A DNA stretch of 41,235 nt from Dirinaria sp. TL-2023a (GCA_051941275.1 JAVEBF010000042.1:1-41235), one strand, 5' to 3'; shown: positions 21,785 through 37,300, counted from the first letter of the stretch. Translations and numbers: made by a program. Notes: a model not told the origin generated them from the letters alone.

Positions 21785-22522
21785 CGTGGTAAGGGGTGGG
21801 GTGTTCAGCCTCAAGGGAGACAAGCTCCCGATCTTAGCTGCTGTGACTCGTTTTTTACAGACAGGAGCGCCTTCAACGCTTTCACTAGCCTTCCGTTTCC
21901 GAGTTTGAGGAGACGTCGTGAGTAACTCCGCTCGGTGCCTGACCTCGCGCTGACGAGGCCAACACGCGAGCTGTGTTTAGGCAACAAGATCCAAATAGTT
22001 AAAGGTTAGGCGTGAATCAGGCTCTAAAGCAGACAACACCAGTGTTCACATAAGCCAGGATATAAAGGAGTGAGTCTATTGTATTCAGTGGTGAAAATGG
22101 AACAGCAGATCCATTCCTGTCATCCTACCTTCACGCAGCTGGGTCTTCGGTTAAACTGTTTATCCTTCCCGGATACGTCACATGCCAAGCCAGCATGGCC
22201 GGAGAGATAACCTCGGTAACTTTACCTCCCATCAGTATCATCCATGGACCGAGCATAAGGTACATACCAGTACTCTACAAGTAAGATAATAACAATAAAG
22301 GTCACTTCATGTTCAGAATTGCCGAAGCAAGAGACATACACTTCGTATGCATCATCATCGCCGCATAAATATGATAGAATCACCTTTGGCAACATTTAGC
22401 TTAAAAGGCGTTCCTGTCTGTGGCTGCAGACCATCTGCACAAGTCCGACTCCCGAGTGCTTGTCTTCCAAATTCCAAGTAGGTCTCCCTGTTTTGCAGGT
22501 TGTGAATAATTGGAATTTCCAT

Positions 22523-25191
22523 CTAGCCACCACGTTCGCCAAACTCCTTTGCCCAGTCCTCAAACTCTTGAAGCCCCTGCTTGCTTACACTGGGGCGAAT
22601 GTTGACTAAGCTCGCCTCAAAGTCTTGGAATTGGATGGGCCGAATCTCTTCTGTAGACATGGATAGCAATGCCTCACCAAGGCTACGCAGCGGACCCATC
22701 GCAGCGTCTTTGGCTAGGGCTGTTATGTCAGACCCTGAGAACCCTGTATAGTTGTCAGCATCTCTGGTACTTACTGGCCAGGCTGCTCATACCGTCTGTC
22801 AAATGTACCAGAACTTCGATGTCTTGCTTGCCCAAACTGTGCTTCTGATGACCAAGCAGTGTCCGCAATTGCGCTTCTCGGACATGATTTTCAGGAAGTG
22901 GGATATACTGGCGCCGTACGAACCTCCGTCTTGCTGCCTCGTCAATAGCCCAAGGCATGTTCGTAGCGGCAAGCACGAGCACTCGACTGGCGTCGCCTTC
23001 CTGCTTATCTTTGTCCGTTTGCGCTTTGCCCGCAGCGGCTCGCTGTAGGTCGGACCATTGGATCAAGAATTCCGTCTTGATGCGTCGTGTAGACTCATGC
23101 TCACTTGATCCTCCTCGGGATGAGAGCAAGGAATCGATTTCATCGACGAAGATGATAGATGGTGCTAACGCCTTTGCTAGCGAGAAAAGAGCGCGTACAA
23201 GTTTTTCCGATTCACCTAGCCATTTGGACGTAAGGCTGCTGGCCGAGATGGCGAAGAAGGTGGACCGAGATTCCGTAGCTACAGCCCTTGCTAACATGGT
23301 CTTTCCTGTACCGGGCGGCCCAAACAATAGCATCCCTCTCGCCGGCTCTCGCAGGCCCATAAACAAGTCCGGCCGCAAGAACGGATAGACTACCGCTTCC
23401 TTCAAGGCTTTCTTGGCGACGTCTAATCCGGCTACATCATCCCAGTGAACCTCGTCTCCTTGGACGACGATCTCATTGAATATTTGTTTGGCAGCATGCT
23501 CGTCAACACCTGCCGGAAGATGCTTCTTGACGTATTTTATCCGTTCTTCCCACGGAGAGGCAGACGTCGGCTCCGACGCTTTCGACCCACTCTCCGAAGG
23601 GTCGGCAACAGCGCCCACCTTCTTCTTCCGTGGTTTACGTGATTTCTCCTGAACTTCAACTTCTACATCCCGGCTGCTGCTTGTATTGTCATCACCGCTG
23701 TCTGAAGACCCGGGCTGGCGCGGATTTCGCGCGTCCCGCTGCTGCGTTTGTGACGACGGAAGGCGATCTACAGGACGTCTTGAGATGCCACTAGCTGCTA
23801 GAGGACGACCTTTCCTCTGCGGCGATCGATTTCTTATTGGAAGGCTCGCGGTACGGAAACCATCACTTGGTCGATGAGATGCTGAAGCATTCAACTGAGC
23901 CATCAACTTGGAACCAGTCGGAGGTGTTGCCGATGGATATTCATTCCTATAAGATAAATAGTCGATCGCTGGTTTAATCGATGGTGGTGGCGTAGAACGC
24001 AGCCTTACTGATGGGACATTATTTGCATCGATTCTATGTGCTGGTGGGGTTGGCGGATCGAGCGAAATAAGGTCTCCGTCCGTTTGAGATGCCAAGTAGG
24101 CTGGGCCGCTGGATTTCTGCTCATGCGGCAGTAATCTCTGATTGTCAGGATCTGTAGAAAAGTCGTTTGCTCGAAGGTCTGATGAGCTCTGTCGCCCTGC
24201 CATGTTGCTCCCCTTTACCAGAGCATCTTCCTTATCCCTGAACGCAGCAGACCTTGGTCGCGGAGCGCGTTGCTCTTCTAGGCTAGTACGACGTACGGAG
24301 TCAATGGTGGTACTGCTTTCGTTCCGTCCTGCCACCAAAGGTCCCAGCCTTTGCCCCGACCATTGTGAGGTCGAGTCCCATGCAAGGCCTGCTGCTTTCG
24401 AAGAGGCGGCAGGTGCACCTGTCCTGTGCCCACCGGAAGGCCTTGGCGATTTAGTGGGCTTCTTTCCATCTTTTGTGCGTAAAGTCGTCAGCATGCGACT
24501 TCTTTTCTCTGGACTTGGTGTTCTAGATTTATGTTTGGGCTGGGCAGGTAAAGTAGGTATGGTAGGAGGTGGATACGGTGAAGACGGTTGTCCGATCTGC
24601 ATCTGGGGACTGCTATGGGATCTCTCTATCAGACTTTCCGAGCTCTGCTGACGCAATGCTGGAAGGCGCTGAGGTAAAGGAGGCGGTGGCCGTGACAGGT
24701 CTGGATAGTTCACAGCAGGTATCGTGCCTTGTCCAATGGTTGCTACCGAAGATTTTTGGCTTGTTTGTGACTCTGCTTTGGCCGGGGCGGGCGGTCTTCC
24801 AGATAATGAATACCCGCTGTTGGACGACTGTCTGCTATTCTTGGTCTCCTCCCTACTGTTTCGCAAGGCCTCAAGCAAGTCCACTCGCTCTTTGCACTGC
24901 AGTTCCATATCGCGTAGTGAGTCTTGAAGCGCTTTCTCAGTTTCCGATTTCGGTTTGTAGTTTGGAGGTGCTCTGTACGCATTGTGGTAATATATCTGAT
25001 CGAGAGCGGAACGCCACGAACGTAGAGCTTCGGCTTCGTTGTTCTAGATTACGATCAGTAACATGGGCAGCGCTGGTCCAATGGCAGGAGTCAATGTTTA
25101 CCTGGCCCTCAAAGTACACTGCAGTAGAGCAGATAAGGTAGCATTCATCGTAGGTCTTCTGCATCGAAGACGGCGTCTTGTTCCGCATCAT
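22523..25191 (-). CDS. Spastin/fidgetin-like AAA+ ATPase (Sap1/Yta6-like)
   Basis: VHWDDVAGL; Walker A GPPGTGKT; Walker [26 protein letters not shown]-terminal Vps4_C-like [17 protein letters not shown]...EFGERGG; long low-complexity N-terminus; 2 introns. Confidence 0.92.
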
Positions 25192-26142
25192 TAGAATTCT
25201 GGAAGCTGGAAGCAAGAATACTCTCTAGATGCGTCTTATGTTTTTTGTAATATTGAGCCGAGCACTGTAGTACTTGTAGACGCTTTGGAGATGTGGAGTG
25301 TCAATGCTGGTGGTCCAAGCCTCAAACATTACTCGTACTCTGACGTAGCACTTGCTCAGTCGAGGCTGGCGAATCCAGGGCAGCTACTTGTATCTTACCT
25401 TACTTGGGAACTCCAGGATCTCTCTACTGAGCCTCCAATTGCTACGTTGAGCCTACAAAGTATGGGTCAGTTAATAGCATGTCAGGCAACAATCGTCAAG
25501 GATGGGGAAATGGACATTGCGCTGAGTTGTTCGGGTTCACTGGCAGTCACGGCAACCCTTTACCTTACCTTACCTTACTCTTAGCCATTCTATTGGGGGG
25601 CGCCCCTGCCCCAACCCCTCTCGGCTGCTCCTTAAAGTCTACTATACATATCGTACAACTACAGTTCACGGCTGCTTAGCAGCTAAACTAGGTTCAGATG
25701 GTCTCTCGATATACACGTAAACCACCTTCAAGTAATGCGGGCTTGACATTCCTCATGTAATGATCAACAAGAAGCAAGGAGCGCAGAGAATACAAGAGAT
25801 CAAAGTGACAAGAGAGAAGCTCTGAGATTATTGCCAGGTCTGGGCTCTGAAGCTTGAGAGCCTTATGTACAGCAGCATTCAATCCTTGAGATCGCCGCTA
25901 TGGCCCTCGCCATCAAAGCCGACTGTTTCATCTAACGTCCAGTAAATGCTCCTTTTGCAAAGCCATCGGTCCTTCATGGACAGCCAGAGACGCCTACGCT
26001 TGCTATGCATGAAAAAGTGAAAATGCCCGGTATGCATCGCTAATTCGATCACATGCACCACATACCCAACAGCCAAATCCGAATATGCTGCCCTACGCAA
26101 CAGCTGGCAATGTCGGAAACGCTCAAGGACAAGGGTGGCCGG

Positions 26143-27466
26143 TCAAGGTCCGTTTTCTTCCGCGCGACGGATGAAGTACGCTTTCGCAGTCTCGTAGGAC
26201 AACCTATTCGTTTGCGTTAGTATTGATGAAACAACACTTCACAGACAGCCATCTTGCTCACCAACAAATTGCGTTGCTTGGCATGATAGTCACAACCCGA
26301 GGGCCTAGTCCACGAAAGAAGCCTTTAATTCCATGGCGACGCTTAATCACGGCTACGGCTTCGACGATGCCTTTCACCGCACGAATCTCGGCCTCGTTGG
26401 CGGTGCCCCGCGTTTGAAGAAGGGTCTTGATCACGTCAAGAGGTGTGGTCAGGCTGGCGGCGAAAGCGCCGCCGATGCTCCCAGCAACGCAATGCGTGAG
26501 TACGTCGTATTTACCCGTCGGGTTCATCACCTTCGAGATTGATTCGTAGACCGGGACGAACAAGGCGGTGAAAGGAACGCTCATGCATAGCGTCGTAGGG
26601 TAGGAGACGTAGAATGCGGCCAGGCCTTCTGACTTGTAGACCGACTTCGTACACTGCGCGATAGACTTGAAGGCCGAGCCATGGACCTGCATACGCTGCT
26701 TGACCACTGCATACTAGGTCAGAAATCGCCAACTATGGGATTGGAGACTTTCTAACCATCAAAGGGGGTCATGAGCGCATCGCCGGCAATAGTAGCTGAA
26801 GCTCCGCTCACAGCTGCTCCTTGTTAGCTTTTGAACACTGGCATAGCTCAAGGTTGGCTCCATACCACCAACGAAAGGGTGGTGCTTTTTGTCGTCGTTA
26901 CCACCAAACGCTTGTTTGACAGTCTCGTAGGTCAAAAAATGCATCGCGTGCGCTGGACCTATTGACGTTGTAAATTCCATCCACTGCTGCCGATTTATCA
27001 CGTAGAGATACCTGCGCCCACGAAAACGCTTGTAATCCCACGATACATTGTCATATATCCCTCGGTCTTATTGATTTTGCTAATCGCGTCCATTACCCCA
27101 TTGTAGAGCCCGCCAGACGGAGGACTGATCACTTGAAGACGTGTCTGTAGCTGCCTCAGTTTTCTGTCGTGGCAAGGTCCGCTAAAAGATCTACCTTCAA
27201 GAAATCCGCGGGGAACATGAGCGTGTGCTCCTGAGGCATAGTCAGCCAGACAATGCTTGACCGAAGCTGGCGCAGAGATGTCACTCACAGCAATACCTGC
27301 GAATGCGCCGGCGACCATATTTGCGCCTACTGAGTAGTTCGGAGGCAGACCTTCGTAGCTATCGCTGCAAATTAGCCTGGCCTCGACAGTATCGTGCTCA
27401 AGAACGCGGCGGCACATACTCGTGCTCGTCTTTCGAAGCCGATCCATCCATGGTTGCCATGGCCAT
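26143..27466 (-). CDS. MRS4: Mitochondrial carrier, mitoferrin (Mrs3/Mrs4-like iron importer)
   Basis: YEGLP...NMVAGAFAGIAEHTLMFPADFLKTRLQ; GPAHAMHFLTYE; PFDVVKQRMQ; FYVSYPTTLCMSVPF; TTPLDVIKTLLQTRG; many short introns. The start could be any of three nearby Met codons. Confidence 0.88.
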
Positions 27467-28160
27467 GTGCTGAGCACTGTATTTTGATGCAAGCAGTGCT
27501 TGGATGTGCGGTCAACCTTGGGGTCGGATGTTGGAGGGTGAGTAGTGGCTAGGGAAAGTCCATGGGGGAGATTGTTGTGATCTTAGAAAGAGGGGCCACG
27601 CCGAGAGCAAGAGTGAATGTGCTCTAGCTGTTTGCATTCAGAATTATGTATGTGGACGACATCATTGACCGGGGGGGTGTGAGATGCTAGGTACAATGTA
27701 CTTGGTGGTTAGGGTGCAATCAAGCTCACACCTCAACCAGCCGCACTGGCAAACCCCACAGCCTGCAACAAACTAACCGCAATGCTGTATTTGATGACCG
27801 AACCGTCCTACTGTTATAGCCCGTAGTCAGAAGTTTCTTGCAAAATGCCTATATGGTGTTTGCTGAAGCCTGTGTATACCAGGACTAGCAAACACAGACC
27901 CTGAAGAGGAAAAAGGACAAGGCCCAAGTCAAGAACCAGTAGAGGACAAAGGGAAACAATGACATTCAGTAGATAAGTGTTGTATATTGTTCATAGATAC
28001 AAATGGACTAAACAGGTTTTCAGATCCGGACAGCATGCTTGAATCATTCACTGTCCTTTTCAAGTCTATGGAAATCTACGGCTGGAAAATCCTTTCGAAT
28101 GCCCCGGGTGCCTGCCAAGGAGTATGGTTGTCATCTGCAGCATGGCTTTTGATCTGCAGT

Positions 28161-30982
28161 CTAGATGTTCACACCTGTGCCTCTTCCTTCTGTCGTGAAG
28201 TGATATACCAGGCCCAACACACCGGGCTCTTTGTCGGAATTGCTAGCATTCGTCTCGTGCATTCCATCGTCATCGACATTCCCAGCTCGAGTGGATTTCC
28301 AAGACTCGCCTAAATTGCTCTCGTCTGCTGCTCCGTCATCACGGCCAGCATGCTCAGATCGAGAGGCGTTGTCCTGCAGAATGTCCTCTGCGTCCTCCTT
28401 TGGTCCGACAAAAGATCTGTGAGAAGGTCTCAAGCGGTAGTGTACACTATGTCTCAAACCACCACGCGGTTCCCGCTGCGAAGGCTGATGTTGCGGGTCA
28501 AGCAGGGCCGACGCCAACGGTGAAGACACGCCAGGTGCGGCCCCAAACCTTATCGATTTGTTGGTATTGCCTTGACCTGCGTAACGCACATGGCTTGATG
28601 GCCGTTGTTGCGAATCTTTCGGTATTGTCTTGCTAGAGCTCACCGTTGTCTCGGCGGCTGAACTGGGTATCGTGAGCCCAGGAAAAGCGGGTGGAGGATG
28701 AAAATTCTGCTTATTGCCTTGATGTAGGTAAGGAGCTCCTGCGCGTTGATTGTTGACATAGTTATCGATAAAGCCATAGTAGGACGCAAGCATCTTGCCA
28801 TCTTTAGTTGAATAGTATTCTCCTCGAAGGTCGTGCGCAGTGCCGTCCTTGTGCTTGCCGGGAACATTGGCGCCTTTCTGGAAATCAAAAACCGCAAAAG
28901 AGCACACATAGCCCAGTCCATCTACATGGACAGTGAATTCTCGAAAAAAGTCCACGATCTTATCGCTGCACTTGGGCAAGCTAAACCAAAGAATGAAGGG
29001 AGTGAAGATGATGCTCAGCATCTCTTCCAGGAATATGACGACCTTCATTTGGTACAACAATGCGAATTCGCTACGCACTTCATCGCTATGCAGCCGACCC
29101 TGCCAATGACCGGGCAAGTAGTGTGTATACTCGATCACATTACTAAGTGCGAACTCTGGATCAAAGACCAGATTCTCCTCTGGTACCCCTCCTCTTGCCA
29201 CAGCCCATATCGTTCCAAAGAGACCAACATAGAACAAGACTGTGCGTTCACGCGTGATCTCAAAACCCAAAAACATTTCAGGATCTATTACTGATGCCAA
29301 CGCCAATACCGAGACAAGGGCTCCGGATACGAAAGCCACGAACCTTGACAGCTGGACAGTCTTGTCTTTGGGGAATTGATCCAGGTATCTCGAGGCGAAT
29401 GGATACGACATATTGATTCGTCGCTGGAACAAGTGCCACAATTCGTTGAATTCCCGAAACTTCCACTCTGCGAAGGGCGTGTACTGTCGTGATCCAATCT
29501 GTGACGGGTTTTTCTGGTACTCATTGAAATAGCGAAAGAAGTACAACATTATGAAGTAGACAAAGATGAATGGAGCACAGAAAACATTCATGACACCAGC
29601 GAACAGAAATCTTCTTCGCAACCCGTCGCTAAGCGCTCGACGATGGGCATCCTTCAAGAAAAACTGCCTTACCTGACCTTGCTCATTAAACACAAAATCC
29701 AAAATGCAGAGGCTCAAGTTCCATTCTAGCGTTTTTGAAAAAAGCTGCCGATTCTTGAAGAAAGGTACGGGTAAAGTGAGGTCGAGGATATCTTTATTCA
29801 CTAGGGCGATAAGATAGTTATCTCTCCTCATCAGACGGTTTGCAATGTCGTGTGCATCCATGCGTTGCTTTGATTGTGTCCCAATGAATCGGCGATGATG
29901 CTTCGATACTCCTGCGGCAGTAGCAGGATTAGAATCCCTTAAGAGCATGAGCTTCCTGACGACCTCCTGCCACGAGACCGTTTGGATTTCCGTATCTGGT
30001 ATCTCAAGCAGGTAGTGATAGAAATTGTGCATGTTGTGTAGCCTTGGAACATCTAATGCGTATTGGAACCCCTTGCAGATCCACAAGAACGCAAAGAGCC
30101 AGATTAGGAGGTTCGTGAGACCTGACATCTGCTTCGTGCATCGAGGGACTAGGATCTGTGACATGGTCTTGCTGGAAGGTATTTTCTTATACTCGATGCA
30201 TGATGTCAGGAAGGTTGTGAATCCGACTACAAAGGCCAACGTGCTAAGTACATTAGTAGATGATCATCAATGAGATGCGGGCCGCTGAGGACTAACAGCA
30301 AATTCAACACTCTGCCGAGCAAAATACACCAGATACCATTGCCAAGGAAGTAGTCGTAAACGTCCTTTAGGAAATTGTCCAGATTCTCGACATTTGCCCA
30401 TCTCCACATAGCCTTTTCCCTTGGATGCGCCGCCCCGCCAATTTGCACTCTGCGAGGGGGATGCCCCGTCTGCGGTGATTGTAGTATGTCCGACTCTGGA
30501 TGTAGGCGCTGCCGCTCTCGTACTGTCTGCCATTTGGCGCGTGTTTCCGGCAGGGCTAGACCTGACATGGGCACCGGATTTGCTGGCTGCCGTTGTTGTT
30601 CTCTTGGAGCCATCACCTGAGGCCCATCACCCTCAAAGAGAAGAGACTGGGGAACATCGTCATCCAGTTCTTCTGCAGCAGCTCTTCTCTGGGAGAAGCG
30701 CGTTTGAGCAAAAGACTGATGAGCTCGACCGTTTCGTTGTTCACTCGTTCTGTTCGAGGCTATAATTTTAGACGATGGTGCCGAACTCAGGTCAGCATTA
30801 GCGAGCACATCGTCAAGCTCATAATCATTGAAGCCTTCTTTGAGGTTCTCTTCGTCTAAAGCCATGCCCGCTTGTTCTTCGATGTCAGATTGATCAGAAG
30901 AATCCTCATTCTGCCGCAAGGTCTCGTATATCGATTCTCCGTTACCCGAGGGCAAGAGCCGAGATAAGACTTTGGACGTCAT
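28161..30982 (-). CDS. ATG9: Autophagy protein Atg9 (lipid scramblase)
   Basis: [76 protein letters not shown]; one intron near 30245-30295. Confidence 0.95.
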
Positions 30983-31483
30983 GGCAACAGGATTGCGACC
31001 TCGTTTGCGGACTGTATGAATATGTTGAGTCACGGGGTTATGACATTATGACAGGGTGTGCCGCCTGCCCTAGGCATCTGACAGGCGCACAATCCGCTGC
31101 CTGGAGAATATTTCCACGACTCATTAGCCATCCTAGATTTTGCACAGCTAAGGAAACGAAAGGTGGGAAAGATTGAAACAATGTTGGCCCTGGGAGCAAT
31201 ACACGCATGGTAAAACACGCATGCCGCGTTCATTGATGAGTGTTTGGTTGATGAAAAGCATTGTAGACGTACTGGTACCCCGTAGCGTTCTTTGATCATT
31301 CTGCAAGCCGTACAGGTAAAGTACCTACGCCAGAACCCTAACTTGACCCTCTCACCTTCCGAGTCGCCTGAGCCTGCTAACCTCTGTTCACCCATCCTCA
31401 GGCTGCAAATAGGCACCTGCAGCATCAAATGTGGTGAACATGATTTGCCGAAGCGGATATTTCGTGAATCAGCCGCTATCAGC

Positions 31484-33636
31484 ATGAGTAGCACAGCTAT
31501 CGGTGCTCACACATTCTACGACTTTCCCGAAAATCCAGAGGATAAGCTCTTAGCGACCGGTCCGAGTCAAAGAACAAATGTGTTCGCGAACAAGCTTACG
31601 AGTGTTCTGTCTGCCTCATATGCCGATGCAGAAATCCGCGATGCCTTGAGGACTTTCGACCAGACAAAGTTCCAGAACACAGCGGCACTCAGGCGCCGAT
31701 TACGACTAGATGTGCACAAAGAGGTCATAGATTGTAACGCTGAAATCATCAATGACTTCGGTGCCGTTGCACAGGTTTGTTGAATGAACTAATGTTCTTT
31801 CTTCTCTTGCTGAGGGCCTCATAGCAATTGAGACAGATCGGGTCCACGCTGTCAAGTCTCAATGATTGTTGCGAGACTTTGCGTCAGCATCTTGCAGCAG
31901 CTCGTAGAGACAATGCTCCCATCATTGATGATGCATCCACCTTACTTGCCCAAAGGCAAGACTCTGACACCAAAAGGCAGCTGCTGAGTCTGTTTCAAAG
32001 CCACTTCGTTGTGTCTGAGGATGATTTGAGGCTACTAACAACCAACACCGACAACATCAACGATGACTTTTTCCGCGTTCTAGCGAGGGTCAAGCAAATA
32101 CATAACGACTGCCGAGTTCTTCTAGGTGCTGAGAATCAGCGACTTGGCCTTGAAATTATGGATGCAAGCTCTAGAAATTTGAATACTGCCTATCAGAAGC
32201 TCTACAGATGGATTCAGCGTGAATTTAAGACAGTCAATTTTGAGAACCCGCAGATAAGTTCCATTATTCGTCGTGCACTTCGAGCTTTGTCTGAGCGGCC
32301 TACTCTGTTTCAGAGCTGCCTGGACTTCTTCACTGAAGCTCGACAGCATGCTCTTCTAGATGCCTTTTATATAGCATTGACAGGGGCCTCCAACGGCAAT
32401 CATCGCAACCAAGCTACGAAACCCATCGAGTTCCATGCGCATGATTCCCTGAGATACATCGGCGATATGCTTGCCTGGACGCACTCTGCAGCGGTGTCCG
32501 AGAAGGAAGTCCTTGAGAATCTCGCTAGTACCGATGGCGATGAGATTGCAAAGGGTATTAAGGCCGGCACAGAACGCGAGCCATGGTCAATGATGGACGA
32601 CGAGGCGTTCGACGGTGGAAAAGCGTTTGAGCAATTAGCGAGCAGGAACCTGGGTGAAGTTATTCGAACGTTGCGGCAGCGAGTGGAGCAAGTGATCCAC
32701 AACCAGGAAGATCCATTGCTGGCATATAAGATCGTGAATCTTTTTGGTTTCTATAGCATCACGTTCGGAAAGCTCCTTGGGCATGATTGCGATGTTCTCG
32801 AGACCATCTCAGCTTTAGAGAGCTTGGCGATGAAACATTTCCAAAGCCTTATGGAAGACCAAGCAAGCTCCATCAAAACCGATGCTCAACATCTCCCACG
32901 AGATCTACGGATACCTGACTACCTCGAGGAACTCTTAACGCAGCTTAAAGACTTGTTGAAAAGCTTTCATTCGTCTCTTACGCCAGCAGCGACTCGCGAA
33001 AATGATTTCAAGCGGGTACTAAGCCTTACTCTTGACCCATTACTTCGAATTTGTAAAGAAAACGCCACGAGCGTGGAAGAGCCTGCTCGAAGCATCTTCC
33101 TGATCAATTGTTCAAACGCCGCCAAGAAAACACTTTCTGACTACGATTTCGTTCAATCTAGTATATCAGAACTTGGCGAAGACATAGCAAACTGCACGAT
33201 TTCATTGACAGAATATCAGCACGCATTTTTTTTGCACAACTCCGGCCTTCATCCTCTCATTGCTGCTTTGGCCGCATTATCAGATGAGCCGTCCCGAAAG
33301 CTCTCCAAAATAGCCGCTCTGCCGGAATTCCAGCCAGTAGCTTTGCAAAATGCAAGTCAGGTTCTTGATGAATTCCTCCCTTCGGCCCTTGTGGATGCAA
33401 CGGAGAATCTCAAAAACCTAGCTGATAAAAAACTTGTGGACGAAATTACTGCGGATGGAGCGGAGCGATTCTGCGAGGATTTTGAATTTGTAGAAGAAAA
33501 TCTGATTGCGATAGATGAGGGGCCTGTTGGCTTTGACGAGATGCTGGACGACATTCGTAGGTCAAGGGGAGATCAAACACGATTACGAGCAGTTTTCCCG
33601 AGAACAAGCGGAGAAATAAGGGTATTGTTAAGCTAG
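31484..33636 (+). CDS. COG6: Conserved oligomeric Golgi complex subunit 6
   Basis: [19 protein letters not shown]; intron 31775-31824; [50 protein letters not shown]. Confidence 0.92.
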
Positions 33637-34330
33637 CCGATATTTTCATTGTGCATAGAGCTGCATGATGATTGCTACCTTACGGGTATTCTTGATAATT
33701 GATATCGAGTTATGTGTGGTTTATGCTGAAGGATGATACCTCCAGTACACTAACTATCAACGTCTCCTGTGACAAGAGATTATAGGATCTACTATCTTGA
33801 ATGTACACATCTCGATAAGGTAAGAGTACTCATGAATTAAACTAAGAGAATCGAGGATCATGGAAATAGTCTACATGTACTTATGTTCATCTAATCAATC
33901 GATCATAAGTCTTGAGTACAAACGATACCTCGGCAGATAGTGATTCCATGGGCTGGGACTTATTGTATTTGTTGCTACCCAAGTTAATATCATGTTAATA
34001 ATTGAAATGCCAACTGACAATTTGTAATTGAAACTCCATAGCAAAAAAAGTGCATGACTCAGAGAACTCTGAACATACCATATCTCGGCAGCTATCCAGA
34101 TATTACGCGTATACGTCACATTTGCGCACTCTTGATACCTTACTATATGTGACAAATGAATTGGAGATTCCATTCACTCAGTCAGACTTCGCTTAATAAT
34201 TTGTTCATACAAAATCACTGACTCTTTAGCTTGCCGCATTGCTGGCATGTTATTTAAATCCCATGGCACCCTTCTCAATATGCCTTTGTAGGGTTCTTGT
34301 CGGATTGATCGAGCATTACGAGCTGGCACC

Positions 34331-37300
34331 ATGAACGGTTCACTGTCTGCCAACAAGGAGAGTCCAGAATCCAATGTCACAAATGCTCACATCTCACAAG
34401 CATTAAACATCGTACACAATCCTCGATCATCAGCTGAGCTTCGTCAGAATGCGTCTAAATATTTAGAAGATTTTAGCCATGAAGACGAAGCGCCCTATCA
34501 CGGTTACCTGCTCGCCTCGAATAAAGAGCAGCCTGCTATAATTCGCCATTTCGGTCTTTCCCTGCTTGGAAATGCTGTTCGCCATCAGTGGGAGGCGTAT
34601 AGTTCTGAGCAAAGAGACGCTGTACGAGGATGGGTGATCACACTGGCACAAGGCGTGGAAGAAGATGATCCTGTATATTTGAGCAATAAGGTCGCCCAGG
34701 CATGGATAGAGATAACCAAGAGGAGCTGGGCGATAGACTGGATGGACATGGATGAGCTTCTCGTTCGTCTTTGGAGTGATTCAGCAGCTGCTAGAAGTGT
34801 CCTAGTGCTGACAATCTTGGAGACTTTGTCCGAAGACATACTGGCAGGCAAGGATACTACGAGTGGTACACGTAGCAATGATCTGAACCGGGCCTGTGTA
34901 GAGATTTTCACACCAGCGCCTGTATTGATCGAGCATTTTCCTGCTCGCGAAACAAGCATCAATGTCAGATATGGAGAGGAAGGCTGGCTCTCTCGCATCA
35001 CCGAGTTTTTGGATTGGTGTCTCCGCGAGGAGCAAACAACCAAAGAACAGCGGAATTGTGCTATCATTGCCTTATCGACTCTCAGATCTACAGTACCATG
35101 GATCATACCAGGAGCCTTGGTAGCCGTTCATATATTTGAAAGAGTACGCAGATGTTTGGCTATCCCTACCGTGCCTATACAATTGGTAGGTACCCATTCC
35201 AGATGTCCATTAAACATGCTAGACGCTAAAAACCCTAATAGGCTGCTATCGATATCCTGTTGACGCTGTACAATCGCTCGCGGTTCCCTAAGGAGGATTT
35301 CACCAGTCTAGTATTCCCTGTCTACAATCGCGACACAATTGACTTGCTCAAAAGACTGTACGAATGGTCTACGGTGGACCCAGCGGACATTGATAGTGAA
35401 AAATACCTTCTGTTGAAGAAGATATCGGAGGTAGGAAACTTGCAGCTCTGCTTGATTCAATGTTGCTAAGAGTTCCTTTAGATGCTTTTCAATGCTGGTG
35501 TGCTTTTAGAAGAACGACCGAGCTTTGTGACCACCAGCTGTGACTTGACCGACTTCCTGACTCTTCTACTGAATGTAGTGGAGAGCGAAAGTCTTCAAGT
35601 CTCTATATTCGCTTTACATTTTTGGACGAAGCTGCTAAGCTCAGAAAACTATGGTCGGCTACCAGTTGTGAAGGCTTTCTATGGACCATTGCTGGGTTTA
35701 TGCAGCAGAAGACTTATTCGATACGAAGCCTTGCCAGAGGATTCTGCTGACCCGAGCATCATCTACCTCAATGAAGATGTGGACACGATGCCAGAAAGAC
35801 ACGCATTCCTTGGTAATTATGCAAGGTTCTGTACTCAGATCGTATCAACAATAGTTGAGCAACAGCCAGCTGATGCACTCTATCATATCCTTGGCCAAGC
35901 AGATCAGATGTTAAGCCATGTCTACGACGGTGAAGCCGACTTCAAGAGTAGTAACTATTCGAAGAGATCGATTCCCGTTTTGAAGATCGAGGCGCAATTC
36001 TCTGTCATCGAAGCGGCTCTGAAGGGTTGTACGAGGTGGCTGTCACGATCAACTAAATCCCAGGAGGAGATTGAGAAAGATGTCCTAACCTCCAGTCTTC
36101 AGGCTTGGTGCGAACGGCTTCTTGCATTGAGATTTGAGGATCCTTTGATCATAGAACGCATAATTCAGCTTGCTGTCGTATTTGCGACAGGACCTCTGAA
36201 ACACAATGCACAACTTACATTCAAAGTCTTCGACTACGTTTTGAGCACAAGGTGCCCGGAAAACTCTATGTCTGGAGCTTACAGCGAAGCTGTCAAGGAC
36301 CTAGAGAGCTTCCGCCTTCATCAGCTGCAACGCCTTGCGATGCGATTTCCTGATTATTTTATACACGTCTTCGATGAGATTGAGCGAAGGATCAGTGAAG
36401 TCACTCAGACAATGGCTACTGATGAGCAGATGCGCATGCGATACTCGTCTATACTTTTTATAATTACACATCGGGCCACTCATGTTGATCCAAAACCGCG
36501 CGAGAGAAAGCTTGAGCAATTCCTACACTCACTGGTTTCCCAATGGGACAACGATCTATTGAGTAATTCATTGTCTTCCTTCAATGGTTTCTGTCATTTA
36601 ATCGGGTTGGGCAATGTTCAGCAGTATGCGAGAGATCGAGCTATCCATCGCATACAGGAGTGGTCAGAGCAACCGCTGGACGATGAGGGTAAAGCTCTTC
36701 AAACCCACATGCACAATGCTCTAGACGATCTTCCCTTACGAGCTACTAAGACAATCTTGAGCGTCTCGATGGAGAGGGTGGAGCCAGGCTCGCGGGCTTA
36801 TGATATGGCCTGTGCTTTGTGGCAGAAGAACATTGCTCTCATCCTCCCAAATCTACTACGATTCATTGCCCAGGCACACGCTTTCCATGATCCAGCCAAC
36901 TGGAAGGAGCTTCCTCCAGAGATGCACACTATCGTACGTCGCTTTCTTACGGATCGATTCTGGCAAGTAGGCATCTCTTCTGGTAGCCGAGACGAGTTCT
37001 ATGCCAAAGTTGGTGAGACCAAGGCAACTTTGGAGGGTCTTGCCTCTTCGGTAAGAGCTACTATAAGAGCGGTACGTGAAACCGGCTACAGAATCCTTTA
37101 CTACATGAGCCTCCTTCGGGAGCACTTCTATAGCTTCGAAGAATTGCCAGAACCACTTGCCCGCACCCTCTTCACGGATGCCTGTGCGTTGTCGACACAT
37201 CAGATGTCAGTATTAGTTGAAATGATCCGGCCTATAATCGATGGCTGTCCAGCTAAGTCACGAGCACACTTCCTCCCGCCAATGTTAATTGGCCTTTTCG

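Noticed and set aside
24142..25141. Long plus-strand ORFs (169 and 190 aa)
   Set aside because: Antisense shadows of the AAA ATPase coding sequence.
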